Below are positions 57,928-64,000 of a DNA stretch of 64,000 nucleotides, in pieces. Origin of the DNA: Candidatus Methanogaster sp. UBA203 (GTDB lineage Archaea; Halobacteriota; Methanosarcinia; Methanosarcinales; Methanogasteraceae). Position 1 is the first letter of the stretch; each line of letters starts with the position of its first letter. The notes below the pieces were generated by a model. The model did no database searches and had not been told where the DNA came from. It saw only the letters and a program-made list of their open reading frames with translations. A program made the position numbers and the translations under genes. The stretch spans positions 2,596 through 66,595 of the forward strand of contig DASC01000135.1 of assembly GCA_002503595.1 (NCBI GenBank), given 5' to 3'.

Positions 57928-59583
57928 ATGGAAATGATAAGTGACCGCATCAAAAAAGGGCTTGCGCGGGCACCCCACCGCGCACTGCTCAGGGCAACAG
58001 GCGTTACAGACTTTGAGATGGATAAGCCGTTTATAGCAGTGGTGAATTCCTGGAATGAGATCATCCCGGGTCATATTCATCTCGACAAGATCAGCGAAGC
58101 AGTGAAAGCCGGCATACGGATGGCTGGAGGCGTGCCGTTCGAATTTAGCACCATCGGGATATGCGACGGCATAGCAATGAACCATGAGGGCATGAGATAC
58201 CCAATGCCGTCGAGAGAACTGATCGCAGACTCGATCGAGATCATGGTGCTTGCGCACGCGTTCGATGGGATGGTGCTGATACCGTCCTGCGACAAGATCG
58301 TGCCAGGGCATCTGATGGCGGCGGGACGCCTCGACCTGCCAGCGATCGCAGTTACCGGTGGACCGATGCTTCCCGGTTTTGTTGGCGACCGGGAGGAGGA
58401 CCTGATCTCTGTATTCGAGGCGGTCGGCGAGTCACGGGACAACATCCGCAACCTCGAGGGCTTAGCGTGCCCGGGTGCCGGATCGTGTTCAGGGCTCTTT
58501 ACAGCAAACACGATGGCGTGCATGACCGAAGCGCTTGGATTGAGTCTTCCCGGATGCGCAACCGCTCACGCGATCGATGCAAAGAAGATCCACATCGCAA
58601 AGGACTCAGGAAGGCAGATCCTCGAACTGGTGCGCCACAACATAACAGCACGCCAGATCGTTACGGAAAAGTCATTTGACAACGCGGTCGCCGTCGATAT
58701 GGCGATCGGTGGCAGCACAAACACGGTACTTCACCTGCCCGCTATCGCGCACGATTTCGGTATCACGCTTCCGCTTTCACGGTTCGACGAACTGAGCCGG
58801 ACTACCCCTCACCTCATCAATCTGCGCCCGGGTGGAGAGCATTTCATGATCGATTTCGACAGGGCAGGCGGTATCTATGCAATCATTGAGCGACTCCAGC
58901 AGAGTTCCGGAATCGATCTCGGTGCGCTCACTGTGACCACCGGCACGATCGGCGAGAATCTGGATGACATGGTGATCGTAAACCCCGAGACGAACAAAAT
59001 GGTCATCGCAACCGTGGACGCGCCCAGGCACCCGGAAGGCGGGATTGCAGTCCTTTACGGGACGCTTGCGCCGCAGGGATCAGTAGTCAAGCAGACCGCA
59101 GTCGATCCAAAGATACTCAGACACACAGGACCTGCAAAGGTCTTTGAGAGCGAAGAGGATGCGATGGAAGCGATCATGAATAAAAAGATCGTGTCCGGAG
59201 ACGTGGTCGTTGTCAGGTACGAGGGTCCGAAGGGCGGCCCGGGGATGCGTGAGATGCTCTCCCCAACATCAGCGATTGCAGGCATGGGGCTTATCGATTC
59301 GGTTGCTTTGATAACGGACGGGCGGTTCTCTGGCGGGACACGCGGACCCTGTATCGGGCACGTATCGCCAGAGGCAGCAGCCGGTGGGACGATCGCCCTT
59401 GTAGAGGACGGCGATACGATCGAGATCGATATCCCGAACCGGAGACTGGACCTCATGGTCGATCAGGACGAACTTAACAGGCGGAAAAAGGCGTGGAAAC
59501 CACCTGAATCGAAATTGAGCGGCGTGCTGGAACGGTACCAGCGGATGGTCGGAGACGCAAGCGAAGGAAGCGTGATCAGTTAG
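57928..59583 (+). CDS. ilvD: Dihydroxy-acid dehydratase
   Basis: 551 aa. Motifs are [45 protein letters not shown] and [10 protein letters not shown]. Confidence 0.93.
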   Translation: MEMISDRIKKGLARAPHRALLRATGVTDFEMDKPFIAVVNSWNEIIPGHIHLDKISEAVKAGIRMAGGVPFEFSTIGICDGIAMNHEGMRYPMPSRELIADSIEIMVLAHAFDGMVLIPSCDKIVPGHLMAAGRLDLPAIAVTGGPMLPGFVGDREEDLISVFEAVGESRDNIRNLEGLACPGAGSCSGLFTANTMACMTEALGLSLPGCATAHAIDAKKIHIAKDSGRQILELVRHNITARQIVTEKSFDNAVAVDMAIGGSTNTVLHLPAIAHDFGITLPLSRFDELSRTTPHLINLRPGGEHFMIDFDRAGGIYAIIERLQQSSGIDLGALTVTTGTIGENLDDMVIVNPETNKMVIATVDAPRHPEGGIAVLYGTLAPQGSVVKQTAVDPKILRHTGPAKVFESEEDAMEAIMNKKIVSGDVVVVRYEGPKGGPGMREMLSPTSAIAGMGLIDSVALITDGRFSGGTRGPCIGHVSPEAAAGGTIALVEDGDTIEIDIPNRRLDLMVDQDELNRRKKAWKPPESKLSGVLERYQRMVGDASEGSVIS

Positions 59584-59809
59584 TCTGTTTCGAGTACCAC
59601 GGTGGAAAAATCAGAGATATGGCGGAGGGGCTGAGCACGAATATTCGCTGACTTTTGCAGCCCCTCCGATCGAAGTTGCAGAATACGTGTGTTTCCGAAA
59701 AGACTATGATTGACCACTCCTCAAAACCAAAATAGAAAACTGACGCTAACCAGAACCGTCTACGGGACACCGGAAGCGGGAACGATCATCGGCACGTCTG
59801 CCCCCGCCC

Positions 59810-60040
59810 CTATCTGCCGCCGACCGTCTCTATCTTGTACGTGACATCAAGCCCCTTCAGCGTCAACTGGACTCGATCCCCGATCTGCAGAATGTCATCG
59901 ATGCTTGCATTTGCGCCCCAGTCATAGACATAATCATATGCGCCCTGCATCGCTCGAAATCCCATATCGGTTAGTCGTTTGTTCACCTCAGAGGGTGTGC
60001 CACCCTCGCTGTTGAACCATATAATTAGATAACTCTTCAT
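59810..60040 (-). CDS. Small hypothetical protein downstream of the radical SAM gene
   Basis: 76-aa ORF, co-oriented with the radical SAM gene and 40 nt after its stop. No recognised motif. Confidence 0.4.
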   Translation of the reverse strand: MKSYLIIWFNSEGGTPSEVNKRLTDMGFRAMQGAYDYVYDWGANASIDDILQIGDRVQLTLKGLDVTYKIETVGGR

Positions 60041-60080
60041 ATCGCGTCACCTTCTATGACCACATCACCCGGACTGGTTA

Positions 60081-61322
60081 TTATGTTTTTGGTTGTTCCG
60101 GCGGAAGTCCGATCGCATTGATGTGATCGATCAACTCGGTGAATGCAGAGATCTCGAACTGTATAACCTCTTCTTTCGTCATGCTGATGCTCATCTCGCC
60201 GTCAACGGTCAGCCGATCCGGACCCCTGCGCACAAGCCGGTCCACGCCATCGCGGGAGAGCACCTCCTTAAGTTCGGTATCGTGCACGAACGCCCTGCCC
60301 GGTATGAAGACCGTTTCCTTGACCGTGCTCAGGTCGAGTGCCTTGATGTCATCGATCGTTATCAGGCAGCCGATGTCCTTGTTGACATCGACCACGTTCA
60401 CATAATCGTTCTTAAACTGCAAGACCTTCGATAGGCGCGGCTTTGCGACGCTGCTCGTTAGCACGGTCGCCTCCTTCACGATTCCTGGCAGTTGTGAGAG
60501 TGCATCTACATCGTTCCTGATCGCAAACGGCGACCCGATAAGCGGATCCTCAAGTGGAGTCCCTGTGACCCTGAACGAGTGGTCGTCCGCTGCATTACGC
60601 ACGATCGATAGGAACTCAACGATTGTGTGTGTCGGCACATCCATGATCGGCGCATTTCCAAGAATCAAGCCCTGATGCGTGGCGTTTGCAAACCTCATCA
60701 GAAGAACACCGGTAACACCCATCTCCTCGAGATCAGAGAGCGTCTTTTCAAGTTCGTCCCCGTCATTCACTCCCGGGACGAGAACGATCGCTGCATAGAC
60801 TGTGCAGCATTCGGCAAACCGGCGCAGCATAGAGAGCGATGCTTCAGGGGTCTTATCCCCCATGTATTTCTTTCGAAGCGCTGGATCTGTCGAGAAAACC
60901 GTGAATGACACCTCATCGACACCCCGATCTATGAAATAATCCGCGTCGTCTGGCTGATCGAATCCTTTTCCGCTCGTGTATCCAAGATTGATCGGAACGC
61001 CATAAAAGGACAGTGCATCAACCAGTTCATGGAGATCAGGGTAGCAACTGAGATCGCCGCCGCCGCTGATCGTGATTCTATCGACCTCCTGATTCGCAAA
61101 CTGTATCGACCGGCTCACTTCGCTTATAACGAGTCGGAACGGCTTAAACCCGGAATAAGCCTCCCTCACAGCATTTGTACAGTACTCACACCCTTTCTGG
61201 AATGGAAAGCAGTTTTTACAGCCGAACGGTTCGATCTCTCCGACTCCCTTGAAGTAACAGTACCTGCAGAAGCCCATGCAGTCGCGCCCGGGTCTTCCTC
61301 CGATGTCAGCGAGTATTTCCAT
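60081..61322 (-). CDS. Radical SAM enzyme, probably methanogenesis marker protein 10 (Mmp10-like)
   Basis: 413 aa. N-terminal [22 protein letters not shown] carries CxxxCxx[36 protein letters not shown] and [10 protein letters not shown] fit what I recall of Mmp10. Confidence 0.55.
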   Translation of the reverse strand: MEILADIGGRPGRDCMGFCRYCYFKGVGEIEPFGCKNCFPFQKGCEYCTNAVREAYSGFKPFRLVISEVSRSIQFANQEVDRITISGGGDLSCYPDLHELVDALSFYGVPINLGYTSGKGFDQPDDADYFIDRGVDEVSFTVFSTDPALRKKYMGDKTPEASLSMLRRFAECCTVYAAIVLVPGVNDGDELEKTLSDLEEMGVTGVLLMRFANATHQGLILGNAPIMDVPTHTIVEFLSIVRNAADDHSFRVTGTPLEDPLIGSPFAIRNDVDALSQLPGIVKEATVLTSSVAKPRLSKVLQFKNDYVNVVDVNKDIGCLITIDDIKALDLSTVKETVFIPGRAFVHDTELKEVLSRDGVDRLVRRGPDRLTVDGEMSISMTKEEVIQFEISAFTELIDHINAIGLPPEQPKT

Positions 61323-61393
61323 CTTTAATCACATTCGTTGCCTGTATGTTACCTTGCCACTATGCGGACAAAGTACTTAATGATCGTGATCGC

Positions 61394-61565
61394 GACACTG
61401 TCTGAAAATCAAGTAATTTATCACCGCGGAATACGAAGTATCGCCGAAGGCGGAACGCGGAGGGGACAAGAGTTTCGGGGTCGTTTTCAACCCTCTGCGT
61501 GGCTCTGCGCACTCTGCGGTAGAATCTAAGGGCATGGCAATTTCAATAGAAAAATCGACAGTGTC
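61394..61565 (+). repeat. MITE-like repeat, copy B (about 172 bp)
   Basis: Termini are gacactgtc (61394-) and gacagtgtc (-61565), which form an inverted repeat. The interior is collinear with copy A, including ctctgcgtgg-ctctgcgca-ctctgcggt. Confidence 0.75.
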
Positions 61566-61834
61566 CGTGATCGCTATTCCGCTGCCCATACCGGGCTTGC
61601 CGAACTGCTCAACCGCGCAACAGCTCGTCCGGACTGCGAGCACGCTTACCAGGGCAATCGGGACGGACCTGAGGGAGGCGTGTATGAAACGGGATCAGTT
61701 CAAGCGGTTAATTGTCCTGATACAGCGGGAACGCGGATATCTCGCGAAAGCGTTTGCAAGTCGCAGGTTCTCTTTGCATGAAAGCACGGCAAACTTCATC
61801 CTCGTCTGCATCAGCAGTTTAAAACAAGCAATAC

Positions 61835-61842
61835 ATTTAAAA
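61835..61842 (+). promoter_or_regulatory. Candidate TATA box for alaS (ATTTAAAA)
   Basis: It lies about 30 nt upstream of the ATG at 61868, consistent with a near-leaderless transcript. Confidence 0.3.
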
Positions 61843-61867
61843 CCAGAACATAGATTCATAACAGACC

Positions 61868-64000
61868 ATGTTCGAGCAGGAATATCAACTCTCATACTTC
61901 ATAGAGGGTGGATTCATACGCAAGCAGTGCCCGAAATGCGGCGGGTATTTCTGGACCCGAAACGAGGAACAGGAAACCTGCGGCGACGCACCATGCGATG
62001 AGTACACATTTATAGGCAGCCCAGCATTCTCAAAGGAATACGATCTTACAGAGATGCGTGAGGCGTTTCTTTCATTTTTTGAGGCGAATGGCCATACACG
62101 AATCGACAGGTATCCGGTGATCGCACGGTGGCGTGATGACATCTACTTGACCATCGCATCAATCGCGGATTTCCAGCCGTTTGTCACATCAGGGGTCGTG
62201 CCTCCGCCAGCAAACCCGCTCTGCATCTCCCAGCCGTGCATACGGCTCGATGATCTGGATTCGGTTGGCAGGAGCGGCAGGCATCTCACGAATTTTGAGA
62301 TGATGGCGCATCATGCCTTCAATGGTCCTGAGAAGGAGATATACTGGAAGGACGAGACTGTGGAGTACTGCGACCGCCTGCTATCCGATCTCGGGATCCT
62401 CAGGGACGTCACATACAAAGAAGAGCCATGGGCCGGCGGCGGGAATGCAGGTCCCTGCCTCGAGGTGCTCGTCGGCGGTCTCGAAATCGCAACCCTCGTA
62501 TTCATGGATATGTGCGAGAGCGGCGACGGCGAGATCGAGATCAAGGGAAAGCAGTACGCTAAAATGGATAATTACATCGTTGACACCGGCTACGGACTTG
62601 AACGGCTCGTGTGGGCATCGAAAGGATCTCCAACGATATATGATGCGATATTTCCGGAAACTGTTAACAAAGTGATGGAACATGCCGGGATCGAGCACTC
62701 ACTGCAGGATCCCGAGTATGCGAAGGTGCTTGCGCAGAATGCGCGGTTATCAGGGTTATTCGATCTCGATCTGACCACGGATCTCGAGAATCTTCGGAAA
62801 ACTGTAGCAAAAGCGATCGGGATCGATGTGGAACGGTTGAAATCGATCATAGAGCCGGTTGAGAAGGTGTATGCCATCGTGGATCACGCAAGGTGCCTTG
62901 CATTCATGCTCGGCGACGGGATCGTCCCGTCGAATGCGAAGGCAGGCTATCTTGCGAGACTGGTCATCAGAAGGATGCTTCGGCAGATGGATGCACTTAA
63001 ACTCGATGTCCCGATCACGGATCTGGTGGAGATGCAGTTATCATCGATTGGCGACCCCGCGTACCTGCGTCGGCTGGATACAGCAAGAGAGATCCTTGAT
63101 CTTGAAGAGGAGAAATACCGCCAGGTTATCTCGAAGGGCAGGCGGCTTCTTGCGCGTTCGGTCAAGAAGTTTGGAGATGCAGGAGCGATCCCGACATCGC
63201 AGCTCATTGAGTGGTACGACACGTACGGCATCCCGCCAGAGGTTACGAAGGAAGTGGCAGACAGCGAGAGCATCGGCATCGATCTTCCTGATAACTTCTA
63301 TTCGATGGTCGCAAGCACCCATGCCGCTGCACCGGCAGAGGTTGCAGAAACGCCATACACAGAGTATGCAGACCGGCTGAAATTCCTTCCGAAAACGTTA
63401 CGCTTATTCTATGATGAACCGTCCAGCATAACATTCGAGGCGGTGGTGCTCGACGTCTTCGATAACCATGTCGTCCTTGACCAGACGTTATTTTATCCTG
63501 AAGGCGGAGGACAGCCCGAAGATCATGGAACGATCGCAGCGCCGGACATTGTTCTGCGTGTGGTCGATGTACAGTCTGCAAACGGGATCATCCTGCACAA
63601 GGTCGACGAACCGGAAGATGACCTGACGTATATGGTAAAGAAGGGCGATATCGTCAGTGGCACGATCGATTCGAAGCGGAGGTTAGCACATACCCAGCAC
63701 CACACAGCCACGCACATCGTGAACCACTGCGCAAAGGCAGTTCTCGGGGATCATGTGTGGCAGACCGGTGCACAGAAATCGGAGACGAAGGCGCGTCTTG
63801 ATATAACGCATTTCAAACGGATCACGGATGAGGAGTTTTCAAAGATCGAGCGGCTCGCAAACGAAGAGGTTGTGAAGAACCAGCGCGTGTATTGCGAGTG
63901 GATGGACAGGATAGATGCCGAGAAAGAGTATGGCTTTGTCCTGTATCAGGGCGGTGTTCCGCCGGGAAGCGATATCAGGGTCGTTCGGGTCGGCGGTGAC
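61868..64000 (+). CDS. alaS: Alanine--tRNA ligase (archaeal type), 3' end beyond the window
   Basis: An open frame of 711 codons runs to the window end, so it is not in the ORF track. It has an N-terminal Zn-ribbon-like CPKCGGYFW, plus RWRDDIYLTIASIADFQP, GRHLTNFEMMAHHAF and HTQHHTATHIVNH. Confidence 0.9.
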   Translation, partial: MFEQEYQLSYFIEGGFIRKQCPKCGGYFWTRNEEQETCGDAPCDEYTFIGSPAFSKEYDLTEMREAFLSFFEANGHTRIDRYPVIARWRDDIYLTIASIADFQPFVTSGVVPPPANPLCISQPCIRLDDLDSVGRSGRHLTNFEMMAHHAFNGPEKEIYWKDETVEYCDRLLSDLGILRDVTYKEEPWAGGGNAGPCLEVLVGGLEIATLVFMDMCESGDGEIEIKGKQYAKMDNYIVDTGYGLERLVWASKGSPTIYDAIFPETVNKVMEHAGIEHSLQDPEYAKVLAQNARLSGLFDLDLTTDLENLRKTVAKAIGIDVERLKSIIEPVEKVYAIVDHARCLAFMLGDGIVPSNAKAGYLARLVIRRMLRQMDALKLDVPITDLVEMQLSSIGDPAYLRRLDTAREILDLEEEKYRQVISKGRRLLARSVKKFGDAGAIPTSQLIEWYDTYGIPPEVTKEVADSESIGIDLPDNFYSMVASTHAAAPAEVAETPYTEYADRLKFLPKTLRLFYDEPSSITFEAVVLDVFDNHVVLDQTLFYPEGGGQPEDHGTIAAPDIVLRVVDVQSANGIILHKVDEPEDDLTYMVKKGDIVSGTIDSKRRLAHTQHHTATHIVNHCAKAVLGDHVWQTGAQKSETKARLDITHFKRITDEEFSKIERLANEEVVKNQRVYCEWMDRIDAEKEYGFVLYQGGVPPGSDIRVVRVGGD

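Overview
This is a 64-kb chromosomal segment of a Methanosarcinales-like methanogenic or methanotrophic archaeon. The assignment rests on CdhD, chromatin protein MC1, an Mmp10-like radical SAM enzyme, a CbiA/CfbB-type amidase, RpoA'/A'', aCPSF1, PsmB, uL3/uL4, PheT, IlvD and AlaS. All family calls come from motifs read in the translations; no database search was possible. Positions 1 to about 20150 hold a surface-glycan gene cluster (SDR epimerase, GT2, GT4, polytopic membrane protein, FkbM methyltransferase, Wzx-type flippase) that has been heavily remodelled. It contains three tandem 5' stubs of a wecB-like gene, each followed by different cargo (VapB plus a VapC remnant, an intact VapBC pair, then the glycan operon). 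It also contains an in-frame chimeric GT2 gene at an abrupt GC drop, a low-GC block, three decayed IS elements (IS66-, IS1- and IS5-family), truncated PIN and DUF1616 genes, and an intact 1320-aa secreted protein with repeated CBM-like modules. A diverged second copy of the flippase 3' end sits next to tRNA-Thr(GGU). The remaining 44 kb is mostly housekeeping but looks rearranged. rpoA1-rpoA2 lacks its usual operon partners, rpl3-rpl4 is followed by a low-GC restriction-modification pair instead of rpl23/rpl2, and cdhD stands alone. Several of these breakpoints and intergenic regions carry a roughly 170-bp MITE-like repeat family built on a CTCYGYG triple motif, with three full copies plus fragments. 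A nearly perfect 148-bp tandem repeat with nested hairpins lies between a ferredoxin gene and aCPSF1. No CRISPR array, cas gene, integrase, reverse transcriptase or rRNA was seen. The strongest novelty candidates are the wecB-stub/TA cassette array, the MITE-like family at operon breakpoints, the 148-bp hairpin repeat and the giant multi-CBM protein.
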